Shown: positions 10,601-21,721 of the stretch, piece by piece
Layout: each line of letters starts with the position of its first letter
How positions within the stretch are numbered: position 1 is the first letter of the stretch
Assembly: GCA_963813225.1 (NCBI GenBank)
Contig: CAWEYB010000005.1
Location: 200,252-264,251 of the forward strand
Source of the DNA: an uncultured Chloroflexia bacterium
GTDB taxonomy: Bacteria; Chloroflexota; Limnocylindria; Limnocylindrales; CSP1-4
Reading direction: 5' to 3'
Length of the DNA: 64,000 nucleotides
The notes under the pieces: generated by a model
What the model was told of the DNA's origin: nothing
The model's database searches: none
Seen by the model: the letters and a program-made list of their open reading frames with translations, nothing else
Program-made: the position numbers and the translations under genes

Positions 10601-11197
10601 GCGCACGAGAGCTCGCTCGAAGGGAACGCCGATCGCCAGATGGGTGTGGGAAAGCTCACGCCCAGGCTTCAGGCCGATCTCGCCGGTGGCCGGTGGGACG
10701 ATTTCGAAGAGCGGTGTCTCGAGCTTCTGTCCCTGGATCGACTCGGCGGGACCGCCCATCTGTTCCTTGCCGGTCGGGTCTCGGTCCTGCGGTGCGACGC
10801 CGCCGCGCTCCGGCGCGTGGTCGACCGGCACGAGGGTCTGCGGGTGCACGGACAGGCCATCTCGGTCGAGCGGGTCGCCATGCGCGCGGGTCTCGCGGCC
10901 CTCGAGGGTCGCACGACCGACGCGCACGCCGGGTATCAGGATGTCCTCGACAGTTGGCGCGAGCTCGGCCTCGAGTGGGACGAGGCGATGACCGGGCTGG
11001 AGATGGCGACCGTCCTCGACCGCAGCGAGCCGGATGTCGCCGCGGCGATCGACCGATCCGTCGACATCTTCGAGCGCTTGCGCGCACGACCCTTCCTCGA
11101 GCGCCTCACGCCGAGCGACGGAGCGGCAGGGACGATCGTCCCGGAGCCATCAGCTCCGATCGCGGTCAGCGCGACACCGAGCCGCCCACCCGACTGA
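7622..11197 (+). CDS. Multidomain signalling protein: double zinc ribbon, class III adenylyl/guanylyl cyclase domain, AAA/STAND NTPase and TPR repeats
   Basis: Intact 1191-aa ORF. Domains seen: an N-terminal CxxC x4 zinc ribbon; a cyclase homology domain (LVSVLFVDLVGYT...FIGDAVMAVWGAP); a P-loop (GQAGVGKS); and a long helical-repeat C-terminus. Confidence 0.8.
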   Translation: MTPLREVRMVCSACGTENDAGRRFCDTCGAPLAVACRMCGASNRATARFCGDCGTPLDAAGAGTVAGNASATRHVPIEAAVAQAERRLVSVLFVDLVGYTTLADGWDPEQARDLLTRYFETARDIVARYGGTIEKFIGDAVMAVWGAPTAHEDDAERAVRAALELVDRVPGLEPSLRARAGVLTGEAAVTLGATNQGMVAGDLVNTASRLQSVAPPGAVLVDEATERTASKAIAFEPAGEQLLKGKASPIPAYRAMRVVAERGGRNRSETLEAPFTGRDTELRLLKDLHLSTARERRIHLVSLTGQAGVGKSRVVWEFEKYLDGLVDEVYVNVGRSPAYGDGVTFWALGEMVRGRAGLLATDDEQTTRRKIAESVATWVSDEGERRWVETALLTLLAVEPAPPGGRESLFAAWRTYFERIAANATAVLLFEDLHWADPGLLDFIDHMLEWSSGVPILIVTLARPELLERRPAWGAGRRNFVASHLDPLPDAAIGEMLEGLVAGLPDRAAEAIIRRADGIPLYAVETVRMLVADDRLAERDGRYVPVGDLTELAVPDTLHALIAARLDALDPTDRALLQDAAVLGQSFTPAGLAAVAAVDPAELESRLRGLVRREILALQGDPRSPERGQYTFVQALVREVAYATLAKRDRRDRHLAAARFFESLGEDELVGALAAHYLAAFESSSTGPEADAVGAQARIALRAAAERAAALGSHEQAVTFLDQALLVTSDPGEQADLLIRTGEAASAAGRHTKAQELLRDAIARKREAGDRVGEAAATAALGRAMLESWHSDQALAVLAPGALEFDDLAESAPGIALRAQLARAYFFHGDSVEAIEVADQVLASSEREDLVALTADTLITKGTALAEVGRVLEGRGTIQAGIDIAERQGWPAISLRGRVNLTYLLALRDPRQAVATAKAGFEDAKRLGDRPLQATLHQNAADSAVRVGEWDWAVGILDQVLATELEVVDRFPLTSVLLTIRALRGEVTETELDAHESSLEGNADRQMGVGKLTPRLQADLAGGRWDDFEERCLELLSLDRLGGTAHLFLAGRVSVLRCDAAALRRVVDRHEGLRVHGQAISVERVAMRAGLAALEGRTTDAHAGYQDVLDSWRELGLEWDEAMTGLEMATVLDRSEPDVAAAIDRSVDIFERLRARPFLERLTPSDGAAGTIVPEPSAPIAVSATPSRPPD

Positions 11198-11269
11198 CCG
11201 GCGTGCGCCCGGCTGCGGGCCGCGTATCGTATCCATCCACGAAAGGCAGCACGACGGGGAGGAGTCACG

Positions 11270-11749
11270 ATGTCGGATTTCCTGGCGGTCACGTTCGACG
11301 GAGCCGATGACGCAGAGGCGGCGCTCCGCTCGATCCGCGGGCTCGAGCACGCGGACAAGGTCGGGCTCGAGGACACCGCGGTCGTCCGCAAGGACGAGGC
11401 CGGCACGGTGACCATCCACAACGAGATGTCGAGTGGGACCGAGACCGGCGCGGTCGTCGGCGCGGTCCTTGGCGGGCTGGTGCTGGCGGTCTTCCCGCCG
11501 TTGGGCATCGCCGCGGGGGCGGCGGCCGGTGGGCTGGTCGGGCGCGCCTGGAAGGGCGGGATCGACGGGAACTTCGTCAAGGAGGTCGGCGGCGACCTGC
11601 CGCCCGGCGGATCGGCGCTCTTCCTCCAGCTCAAGCCACAGACCGACACCGGGCTGCTGGTCGGTGCGCTCGGGCAGTTCCACGGCCGGGTCAAGCAGAC
11701 ATCGCTCGACGACGAGATCGAGAAGGCCCTCGACGACTCGATGCGCTGA
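11270..11749 (+). CDS. DUF1269-family membrane protein
   Basis: 159-aa ORF with a strong SD (GGGGAGGAG) 6 nt upstream. It has a glycine-rich transmembrane segment and characteristic DUF1269 sequence (MSDFLAVTFDG...). Confidence 0.75.
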   Translation: MSDFLAVTFDGADDAEAALRSIRGLEHADKVGLEDTAVVRKDEAGTVTIHNEMSSGTETGAVVGAVLGGLVLAVFPPLGIAAGAAAGGLVGRAWKGGIDGNFVKEVGGDLPPGGSALFLQLKPQTDTGLLVGALGQFHGRVKQTSLDDEIEKALDDSMR

Positions 11750-11831
11750 CCGGATGCGCCACCCACGTGGCGATGGTGGTGCGACGCCGGCAACGCGGCG
11801 TTAAACAAGGCTGGGCTACCATCGCGGACTG

Positions 11832-13071
11832 ATGGCTGACCGATCGATCGACGCCGAGCCGACGATCGACTCGGATGCCCCGCGACTGAGCATGCTCATC
11901 CCGTGCTGGAACGCGGCTGCCACGATCGAACGCGCCCTCGCCTCCGTTCTCGACGAGCACGCGCTCCCGTTCGAGTGCCTCGTCATCGACGACGGGTCGA
12001 CCGACGGGACCGCGGACATCGTGCAGGCCGTGGCCGATCGCGACCCGCGCCTCATCCTCATCCGGCTCCCGACGAACGTCGGCGTGTCGGCCGCGCGCAA
12101 CCACGGTCTCGCGTCCATCCGCGGCGACTGGGTCGCCTTCCACGACGCGGACGACCGGATGCTTCCGGGCTGGCTCACGGCCCTGATGGCGCCGACCGGC
12201 GGATCCGACCGTGCGCGCGGTCATCGGCCAGCGGATCTGGAGCGACGGGGAGCGGACCTGGCTGTCCTCGCGCTATGACATCCCCGATATCCGCGAGCCG
12301 GGCCGCAAGTCGATCGCGACCAATCCCGGGCTCCTCAACTACGCCTCGGCGACCGGCAAGGCGTTCCACCGCTCATTGATCGACGGGCTGCGGTTCGAGG
12401 GCCGGGTCATGGGCGACCAGGCGTGGACGATCCGTGCCCTTCTCCGCGCGGGCCCGAACATCGAGGTCGTGGCGGACACGGTCTTCGAGTGGTCGCGCCC
12501 AGCTCGCGGCGCATCCGTCGAGACGATCACCACGCGGGCGCGCGGGTCCGCGGCAGGCGCCGCGGCCATGGCCGCGATGGCCCGGACCGTCTTCCTGGCG
12601 GTATCCGCGGAGGTCGACGCCCAGATCGACGATGAACCCACTCGCGAGGCGATCAAGCGCGCGTACTTCGACCGGCTGCTGGTGTCCGACCTCAGCACGC
12701 CCATCCGTGACGCGGCCGAACGGCGCGACCCGGCCACGGGCCGTTTGTTCGACGCCCTCATCGACTTCCTCGACGCCGTCCCGCGATCGATCCTGGCGAC
12801 CTCCGCGGCGCTGCCCACGCACCTCCTGCGGCCACCGGCCGTCCACTGGTCGAGGCTTCCCCGGGCAGCACGGGGAAGCTATTGGGTGATGGTCCGCCGG
12901 GGTCTGCGCGCCGACCCCCGGATGGCGCGCCGGATCGCCTGGCGCCGCCTGGCCGAACCGGCGTTCGTCTTCGCGCGGGTGGATCCGCCGGTCGGACCGA
13001 TGGCCGCGTCGACCGTCCTGTCCGCGGTCGCGGTGCTGGGCGCGATCGGCCATCGCCTTCGCAGACACTGA
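11832..13071 (+). CDS. Family 2 glycosyltransferase; the frame is broken near 12200-12230 (the N- and C-terminal parts lie in different frames)
   Basis: ORF 11832..12278 has GT-A motifs (LSMLIPCWNAAATIERAL...LVIDDGSTDGT...VGVSAARNHG). ORF 12211..13071 continues the same protein in frame +1 (AVIGQRIWSDGERTW...). Confidence 0.65.
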
Positions 13072-13104
13072 CGAGCGGTCCCGGCATCTACAATCGTCCG
13101 GCCT

Positions 13105-15233
13105 ATGTCATCCCTTGCGGCCCGACTTCCGAAGCCTGTCCGACGGCGACTCGGAGGGGTCAAGCGGTCGCTGCTCGGGAGAGGCACCCGTGCCACCGGT
13201 GGGCGGAAGCCGGCTGCCGCGACCCGGCCGCCGGACCCTGCGACGCGCCTGCAGATCCGACGCGCGTTCGTGTTCAGGACGGCCGACCCGGCGGGGACGG
13301 CCCTCGAGATCGGACCGGCGCACAACGCGATCCTGCCGAAGAGGGAAGGGTTCCGCACCAGGACCGTCGACTACATGGACCGCGCCGGGCTGGTCGAGAA
13401 ATATCGGGAGTTCAAGCAGTACTCGCCCGACGACATCGAAGACGTCGACTACGTGATCCCGGCCGGGGCCTCGATGTCGGACGTGATCCACGACCGGTTC
13501 GACCTGGTGCTTGCGTCGCACGTCCTGGAGCACAGCATCTCGCTCATCGACTTCGTCAACGACTGCACGAACCTGTTGACCCCGGGCGGCGTCCTGTCGC
13601 TCGTCGTGCCCGACCATCGCTATTGCTTCGACCGGTTTCGCGAGCGCTCGTCGATCGGACGGGTCATCGATACGTCGCTCGACAGCCCGTCCGTCCACAC
13701 TGTCGGCACCCTGACCGAGTTCTCGCTCAATGCCGTCAGACATCGCGGCACCACCTCATGGTCGGCCGGGCATACGGGGAGATACCGGTTCGTCCATGAC
13801 CTCGACGCGGTCGAGGCGAATGCGGCACGTGCCCGCGGCGACACGTACATCGATGTCCACAATTGGGTCTTCTCGCCCAACCACCTCCGCCTGATGCTTC
13901 AGGACCTGCATGCCCTGGGCCTGATCCGGGTCCGCGAGGCGGCCTTCCAGGACACGATCGGCCACGAATTCTTCCTGAACCTCACGGTCGACGGCGCCGG
14001 CACCGGTCTCGGGCGTGAAGCGCTCGTGGTCCTGGCCGATGCCGAGCAGGCCGTCATGGACGACCCCGTCTTCGAGCCGATGCCGGTCGCATTCGCCCGA
14101 GCCGCTGGACCCGGCGGACCCACACGCGTGAGGTTCGTCGTGACCGTCATGGTGCGTGACGAGGTCGATGTCATGGCCGCCTGGGTGGAGCACCACCTGG
14201 CGCAGGGCGCCGACCTGATCATCGCCACCGACAACGGCTCGATCGACGGCACGACGGAGGTGCTCCAGGCGTACGCCGACCGTGGGGTGCTCGAGCTCCA
14301 CCACGACCCCGTGTTTCGCAAGCAGCAGCACGCCGTCGTGACCGGGATGGCGCGGCGCGCGGCCAGCGAGCATGGCGCCGATTGGGTCATCAACGCGGAC
14401 GCCGACGAGTTCTGGGTGCCCTGCGACAAGGCCCTGACCCTGCGCTCGGCCCTCGATCGGATCCCGACCTCGCTCGGTGCCTTCACCGTCCCGGTCATCA
14501 ACCTTGTCGGTCCGCCCGCCCTGCGCGGATCCGGGATCGACCGTCTGCTCTGGCGCGACGTGCGGACAGCCGAGCAGCTGCACGCGGTCGGCATCTACGC
14601 CCAGCCGACCGACGACGCCGTGCATCGTGGCGATCCGGACGTCACCGTGTCCCAGGGCAACCACTTCGTGTCGCTGAAGAGCACCGGCCAGCCCGATCCC
14701 GCGTTCGCGCTCGAGGTCCTCCATCTGCCCTGGCGGTCGTGGTCGCAGTACGAGCGGCGCGTCGTCAACACGGGCGGTCGTACGAGGCCAACCCGACGCT
14801 GCGTCCGAGCAAGAACCATCACGGCATGGCCGACTACCGCCGCCATCTCGCGGGTCGACTGAGCTACGCCTTCCTCGTCCGCCTGCCGCTCGAGGACGAT
14901 CTCGTCGGTGGCGCCGCGGACGGTGCCTTCGTCCGCGACACCTGGCTGCGGGACCATCTCCATGGGCTCCTCGATCGCGCGCTCCTGCCGGACCTTCTCG
15001 CCCGCTGCCTGGACGCCTCCCGGGACGAGCCGTTCGAGCCCGCCGAGCATGAGCGCGCCGCGGACCTCGGGAGGCTGTTCATCGCCCTCGAACGCGAGCG
15101 CGACGAGGCGCGCCGGCTGGCCGACGAACGGGTCGTCAAGCCTCCCCGGATCCGCGATGACTGGGTGCGGGTGACCCGGCGAACGGCGGGTGCTGTCAGG
15201 CGTCGCGTCCGACGCGCGGCGCGCCGCGCCTGA
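13105..15233 (+). CDS. Fusion of a class I SAM-dependent methyltransferase and a GT-A-like glycosyltransferase; the frame is broken near 14776
   Basis: The N-terminus has a methyltransferase fold (LEIGPAHNA...HVLEHSISLIDFVNDCTNLLTPGGVLSLVVPD). The centre has a GT domain (VMVRDEVDV...ATDNGSIDGT...NADADEFW). The C-terminus continues in ORF 14382..15233 (RSYEANPTLRPSKNHHGMADYRR...). Confidence 0.65.
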
Positions 15234-15292
15234 CCGGTCGCCATCCGCTGGGAGACGCGATCCCCGGCCGCGCCGCCGGGTACCATCCCGCC

Positions 15293-16140
15293 ATGGAGCG
15301 TCACGAGTTCCTGGCCGCCCTGCACGCCGGCCTCCGCCCGAGGAACTACCTCGAGATCGGCGTCGACACTGGCCTGAGCCTCGAGCTGTCGCGCGTCCCG
15401 TCGATCGGGATCGACCCGAAGTTCCAGGTCCGGACCGAGATCCGCACGGACGTCGCGCTCGTGCGGGCCACGAGCGACCGGTTCTTCGCTCGACGGGACC
15501 CGCTCAAATACGTCCGGGGCACCCGCAATCCGTGGCGTAACCTTCGGCACGACCGGCCGCTGCTGGGACGCCTCGTCGGACGACCGACCATCGACTTCGC
15601 GTTCATCGACGGCATGCATCTGTTCGAATACGTCCTGCGCGACTTCATGAACGTCGGAACGCTTTTCGTCCCCGACCACGGTGATCGTGTTCGACGACAT
15701 GCTCCCGCGCAACGTCCCGGAGGCGAGCCGGGAACGGATCGACCAAGGACTGGACCGGCGACGTCTACAAGTTGATCGGCGGTCCTCGACCAGTACCGGC
15801 CGGATCTATCTGGCCATCCTGGTCGACACGCAGCCGACCGGCGATGCTGGTGATCATGGCGCCCGACCACGCGAGCACGGTCCTGAAGGACCACTACGAC
15901 GAGATCGTCGCGGCCAACGTGGTGCCCGATCCGCAGCCCGTTCCGGCCGCGGGTCCTCGAGCGGGTCAGCGCCGTCGCGCCCGAGGCGTTCTTCGCGTCC
16001 GACATCTGCCGGTCGATCGTCCGCAGCCGGCGGATGCACCTGCCGGCCTCGCGGGTGCGCGGCGCGCTCGAGCGCAAGCTCGCGGTGCAGCTGGCCGACG
16101 TCGAGCGACGGCCGGCACCGTCGGAGGGCACGCGATCCTG
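15293..16140 (+). CDS. TylF/MycF/CmcI-like class I SAM-dependent (sugar) O-methyltransferase; there are at least 2 frame breaks near 15680 and 15760
   Basis: Motifs NYLEIGVDTGLS and TIDFAFIDGMHLFEYVLRDF lie in frame A. The sequence then runs VIVFDDMLPRNVPEA (frame B), WTGDVYKLI (frame C), and a protein-like tail that ends at TGA 16138-16140. Confidence 0.6.
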
Positions 16141-16161
16141 AGCCCTTCCGGACCGCTGAAG

Positions 16162-17137
16162 GTGCTCTGCTACGTGAACCACTACTTCGGGGCGCCGGTC
16201 GGCTTCCGAGGGCGGTCGACCGATGCCGACGAGGAGCGTCGTCGCGCGGTGGTGATGACCTGCCTCGACGGTCTTCGGAGTCTGCCCGGGGTCGAGGTCA
16301 GGGTGTGCGGCATCGAAGGAAGCAGCCTGGTCGAGCTCGATCTTGCGTTCCCACAGGTTCGCGACGACCCGAAGCTGCTCGTCTACGAGAGCCTCGGCGG
16401 AGATGGCCCGGCACATCGACGACTACGACTACTTCGTCAACATCGAGGACGACATCCTCCTGCCGGAGACGACCCTTGCCAACGTCGTCGAGTTCGACCA
16501 GGAGTCCCTGCTCAACGAGATCCTCCATCCGAACCGGATCGAGGAGGACGAGGCCGGACGTCGGTTCTGCGTCGACCTGGAGGCGATGCCGGGCTGGACG
16601 TACCAGCGGCGGACCTATCGCGGGCGGGAGCTGCGCGTGGCACGGAACCCGCACTCGGCCGTGCTCATCCTGTCGCGCGCCAAGCTCAGGTACGCGCAGC
16701 AGTACATCGACCCGGCCTACCGCGGTCGCTTCCTGACGTACGAGATGGATTCCGCGCTCGCGTACTACCTGAGTCCGTTCTGCCTCTACCGCCCATACGA
16801 CGACCTCTCGTTCCACACGGTCGGCCACCTGGACCGCTGGGCAGGGTCGAGGGCTCCACGACGCCGCCAAGCCGAAGCCGTCGAAGCCGCGGCGACCGCG
16901 ATCGCGCTGGAGATCGGCCGTCAAGGAGATCACCCCGCCGGTCCTGCTCAAGCTCCGGCGGCGGAAGCGCTGAGGCGCGACGGGTTCGGTCGGGCGGAGT
17001 GCCGCACGACGGCTCGCGGGGACTTCGGCGATACTTGTCCCCCGGGGCTGCCCTGTCGACAGGAACCGTTCGCACGGCGACGGCAAGAGGACGTGATCGA
17101 ACAGATGGGCACCACGAACCCGGGGATCCGACCCTGA
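16162..17137 (+). CDS. Putative glycosyltransferase of uncharacterised family; the frame is broken near 16395
   Basis: The GTG start reads MLCYVNHYFGAPVGF...LLVYESLGG, then after a frame shift ARHIDDYDYFVNIEDDILLPE...YYLSPFCLYRPYDD. The stop is at 17135-17137. Confidence 0.55.
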
Positions 17138-17199
17138 CCGACACACAGGTCGGGAGGCTGTCACTCGCGAGGACCCGGCTCGAGCGCACCCTGCTCACG

Positions 17200-19056
17200 G
17201 TGCCCGGGCAGCTGGCGGTGGCGGCGGTCATCCTGGTCCTGGCCTGGCCGATCCGGAGCACGTTCCCGCGCCTGACGATCGACATCTCCTGGCAGCTCGG
17301 TCTGCACCAGGCGGTGGCAGACGGGCCTGCGGTTCGGTCGCGACATCGTGTTCACCTACGGGCCGTTGGGCTTCCTTGCCAAACCCACACCGTTCATCGG
17401 CCCGACGAGCGCGCTGGCCTTCATCGCCACGGCGGCGATCTACCTGGCCCTCATCGGGCTGCTGCTCCGCGTGTCGCTCCGGCTCGTTCCGACTCTGGGC
17501 GGCTCTCCTGGTGACCCTCGCCTTCGCGCGTGCGTTCAACTGGCTCGAGCCGTTCGAGGCACTCCAGATCCTGGCCTTCGGTCTCGGTGTCGAGGTCCTG
17601 CGCCGTGACACCGTATCGCGGCCATTGCTGGTGGCCGTCGTCGCGGGCCTGCTGGCCGGTTTCGCCATGCTGGCCAAGGTGAACGTCGGCGTCTTCGTGA
17701 GCGCGATGGCGTTCATCGTGGTGCTGGCCGTCGCCCGCCCACGGCTGGCCGGCGTGGTGACCCTGGCCGTCAGCGCGGCCGCGACCATCGCCGGGCTGTG
17801 GCTTGTCGCCGGCCAGCAGCTGTCGGACCTCGTGCCCTACATCCGCAACTCCGAGGAGATCATCGCCGGCTACTCGGAGGCGATGCCGGTGAGCCCCGCG
17901 GACGCCAAGCTGGTGTACCTGGCCTTCTTCCTGGTGGCCGCCGTCATCGCTGCCGTCGCCTATCGGACCGCCATCAGCTGGCCGCGCGCCCGACGGCTGG
18001 CGCTCGGCGCGCTCGTGGTCCTGCTGTTGTTCGCCTGCTGGAAGTTCGCCTTCGTCCGAAGCCACATCGGCGCCACGTTCGCGATGCTCGCGTTCTCGAC
18101 CCTCATCCTGCTGCCGACGACCCTGCGGCGCAGCATCAGCGTCCCGATCCTGCTCGGTGTCGGCCTCGTGTTCCTCGTCGTGCTCCGTTTCCCCATCGCC
18201 GACTATGCCAACGTCGCCACGTCATCGGTGGCCTTCGCGCGACAGGCGCGTGACACGGCCCTCCCGTGGCGCTGGGAGGCGGTCACCGATCGGACGCGGC
18301 AGGGTCTGCAGGCCAAGCTGCACGTGCCGGATTCGATCCAGGCAGCCATCGCGGGTCATACCGTCAGCATCGATCCGCATACGACCGCCATCGTCAGCGC
18401 CTACCCGACGTTCACCTGGCGGCCCGAGCCGATCTTCCAGGCGTACTCGGCCTACACCTCGGCGCTCGACGGACTGAACGCCGACCTGCTGCGGTCGAGC
18501 GCGCGGCCCGAGCTCATCCTGCGCCAGTTCCAATCGCGGAAGATCAAGGGAGGCCGGATCGTCCCGTACACGATCGACGGGCGGAACTACTGGTTCGAGT
18601 CGCCGGAAGCCACCGTCGAGCGCCTGTGCCGCTATCGGGAGACCGCGGTGGACGGCACCTACCAGGTGCTCGCGGACACGGGCAAGGCAGTGCGGGCCCG
18701 AGACGCCGCTGTCGACGGTGACGGCCAAGCTGGGCGAGAAGGTCAGCGTGCCGGCCGCCCCGTCACCGGACGATATCGTGCTGGTGCGGGTGCACGGCGT
18801 CGGCGACGGCATCCTCGCGCGCCTGCGGACCGCCCTGTGGAAGTCCCCGACCTGGCACGTCCGGGTCGACGACATCCGCTATCGCCTCGTGCCCGGGACA
18901 GCCGCCGACGGGCTCGTCCTCGCCGTCCCGGCCGCGGCCCAGGGCTCGGCTCCGTTCGCGTTCGGTGCGCCGGCCAAGACGATCGCCATCAGCGGATCGA
19001 ACCTGGGCGGCGGCACCCTCACCTATGAGTTCCTGACGCGGCGACTTCCGGACTAG
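17200..19056 (+). CDS. Large polytopic membrane protein with a C-terminal soluble domain (GT-C-like, glycan-associated). At least 3 frame breaks (~17325, ~17495, ~18700). An alternative start is ATG 17105
   Basis: About 10 hydrophobic helices are predicted (LAVAAVILVLAWP, ALAFIATAAIYLALIGLLL, LLVAVVAGLLAGFAMLA, and so on). The protein is reconstructed across ORFs 15772..17514, 17348..17608, 17376..19028 and 18718..19056. Confidence 0.55.
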
Positions 19057-21721
19057 CGGCGACGTCCTCGACCGGGGCGGTCCGATCCGGTCGATCCTGC
19101 TGTCCGCGGCGTGCCGCCGCCAACGGCTCCGCCACCTCGCACAGGACCCGGGCCCGTCGGTCCAGGGTGTGCCGGGCGAGGACGACCGCGCGACCATGGG
19201 CGGCGAGGCGCTGGCGTTCGTCAGGGTCGTCGAGGTAGCGGTCGATGAGCTGCGTCGAGATCGTCTCGCGTGTCGTAGGTCTGGCACGGCGCCATCGAAC
19301 TCTGCCTCGATGCCGTCGACCCGGTCCGAGATGACGAACGCCCCACAGGCCAGCGCGTCGTACAGGCGGTTCGAGAGGAAGCCCTTCGAAGCGCATGTCG
19401 TCCCAGTGGTCATTGAGCACGATGTCGGCGGCGCTGTAGTAGCGCGCGAGCTCGGTGTTGGGGACGTTCTCGCCCTTGACGAAGCGCTGGTCGACGAGGT
19501 CGCGGCGTCCAGTTCGCGACCGTAGATCGCGAGGTCTCGGGTCGTGCCCGCCAGGTCGTCGACGATCCGCCGGTGGACCCGGCGCGAGTTGGCCACGAAC
19601 AGGAGCTCGTGATGCGGGCCCGCCCGGCTCAGGGCGGAAGCGCTCCGGATCGGTGGCCTGGTGGAGCGGCGTGACGGGCACGGCCACCTGCCCCGCCATC
19701 CACGCGGCGAACGGGTCCGAAGCGACGAAGACGTGGTCGTAGCGCTCGTAGATCTCGGGGGTGGCAAGGTCCGGGTGGCTGATCTGCCACAGGATGTTGA
19801 CCTGGCCGCGACGGGTCGGCGCCTCCTTGAGCCCGAACAGGTGGACCGCCACGTCGTCGCGCGCGGCGGCGCTCGAGTCCCAGTCGGCAGGAAATGCAGC
19901 CGCGTCGGGTGGCCGGCCCGCTCGAGGACGCGCTGCAGGCCGCGCGCGAAGTGATAGTCGCCCCAGCGGTCGATGACATCCCAGCTCGTCACCCCGATCC
20001 GCAGCCCATAGCGGGTCGCCGACGTCCAGGCCGACGAATGCGTCGCGGACTGCCGACGCCACGGCCAGGAAACGGTCCGGCTGGCCGTCGCCGGCTGATC
20101 GGCCGGGAGCGGCACGAGGCGGGCGACCTTGGCGGTCTGCTGCCGGACGGTCTCGACCGCGTGATCGGACGAGGCGAGGACGAGGTCGAACTCGTCGAAC
20201 CAGACGCGACCGCACCAGCGTTCGGGCTCGTCCCGGAGCCATGCCAGCGTGATCAGCCTGCGCGGCAGCTCGCGGATGTCCACGGCGTCGTCGAGGACCA
20301 CGATCGCCTCGACGGATCTGTCCATGGCAGCCAGGCCGTCGGGCGTGGTGGCGAGGTAGCTGACCCGCCAGCCCTGCGCCTCCAATGCGTCACCGAGGCG
20401 TCGTGCGGTCGAGGACCCCCCGCGTCCGTGGCGGCGTCGCTCCCCGACGATCGTGATCGCGACGTGGAACGGCTCGGTCGAGTACCGCGAGCCGCCGTCG
20501 AGCGCATCGGCCAGCGCGTCGCGAAAGATGCGCGGGCCCCACGTCTCGATGTACGTATCGCGGTTCTGGGCCACCCGGGCGGTGAACTGCGGCCGGTCGG
20601 CTGCGCGCGTCGCCGACTCGTGATGCCACAGCGCAGCGCGGCCGTCGTAGATGAGCCGGCCGCCCGCGTCACGGAGCTTGAGGCACAGGTCGACATCCTC
20701 GATCCCGTAGTCGTATGCGGACGAGAAGCCGCCGACCGCCTCGAACGCCTCCCGGCGCACCAGCAGGCACGCGGCGGTCAGCGCCGGCCGCTCCACGACC
20801 CGAGACGCCGCACGCCGAGAGCGGATCGGCGCCGGCGCCCATCACGCGGGCGATCGGCACGGGGTGCTTGCGGTCGAACCCGACGCCCGTGTGCTGGAGC
20901 GACAGGTCGGCGAACTTGACGCCGGCCCGGACACCCCCGCGATGTCTCGGGTAGATCAGGCGCGCACCCGACCGCGACGGCGCCGGGCGACGAGATGGTC
21001 TCGACCATGTAGCCGAGCCAGCCATCGGTGATCGGGTCGACATCGTTGTTGAGAAAGCAGATCAGCTCGGCCCGACGCGACCGCGACGCCCTGGGCGTTC
21101 GCCTCGGAGAACGACCGGTTCGTCGGCGTTGCGGATGACCTGGAGCGGGAAGGGCAGGTCGAACGACTCGGCAAGCTCGGGCGATCCGTCGGTCGAGCCG
21201 TTGTCGACGACGATGACCTCGACGTCTCGGTAGGCCGTGGTGGCCAGGGCAGCCAGGCAGCGGGCGAGGTGTGTGCGGCCATCACGGTTGAGGATCACGA
21301 TCGATACCAACGGGCCGCCCGTGACGGTCGCGGCCGGAAGGCCCTCCCGGAGGGTCGCGACGAGGGCCGTCTCGGCCGCGGCCGTCGCCCGGAGGTCCCG
21401 CTGACGCAATCGGTCGATCATCCGCCGGCGGATCCGCCGCACGCGGCGACCGATGCCCGGGCCGACGCGCCGGGCAAGACTCGCCAGCCGGGCCGACCGC
21501 GCCGACAGGGCCAGGGCGTACCGGACCGACCGTCGCCGCTTGAGAGCGCGGAGCTCCCGGCGGACCCGATCCAGCTCGGCCGCGTTCGACCGGTTGGTGG
21601 CTGCGGTCCTGTCGTAGCGGGCCTGAAGGAGTGCGAGCTCGGACTCGAGTCGCTCGATCACCTCGCGCGGCGCGGCGTCCCCTTCGCTGTCGTCCGGGGT
21701 CGGAGGCTGGCGACCGGCCAT
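19019..21721 (-). CDS. Large bifunctional glycosyltransferase (~900 aa): N-terminal coiled coil, a GT2 (GT-A) domain and a C-terminal GT4/GT-B-like domain; at least 5 frame breaks
   Basis: Reconstructed across ORFs 21062..22216, 20956..21285, 20669..21043, 18763..20796 and 19019..20242. Motifs: VSIVILNRDG...IVVDNGSTDGS, VRREAFEAVGGFSSAYDYGIEDVDLCLKLR, NILWQISHPD, GFLSNRLYDALACGAFVISD. Confidence 0.6.

Noticed and set aside
11750-11831. Possible tRNA or other small RNA in the ORF-free gaps (11750-11831, 28499-28601, 33296-33458, 50927-51004)
   Set aside because: No cloverleaf-compatible stems, T-loop (GTTCRANYC) or anticodon-arm patterns were found. The gaps look like ordinary promoter or terminator spacers.
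15681-16736. ORF 15681..16736 (351 aa) and the first 140 codons of ORF 15772..17514 as independent genes
   Set aside because: Their translations are mostly Arg/Ser/Pro low-complexity. The recognisable methyltransferase C-terminus and the start of the next GT pass through these frames only briefly, so they are frameshift by-products, not genes.
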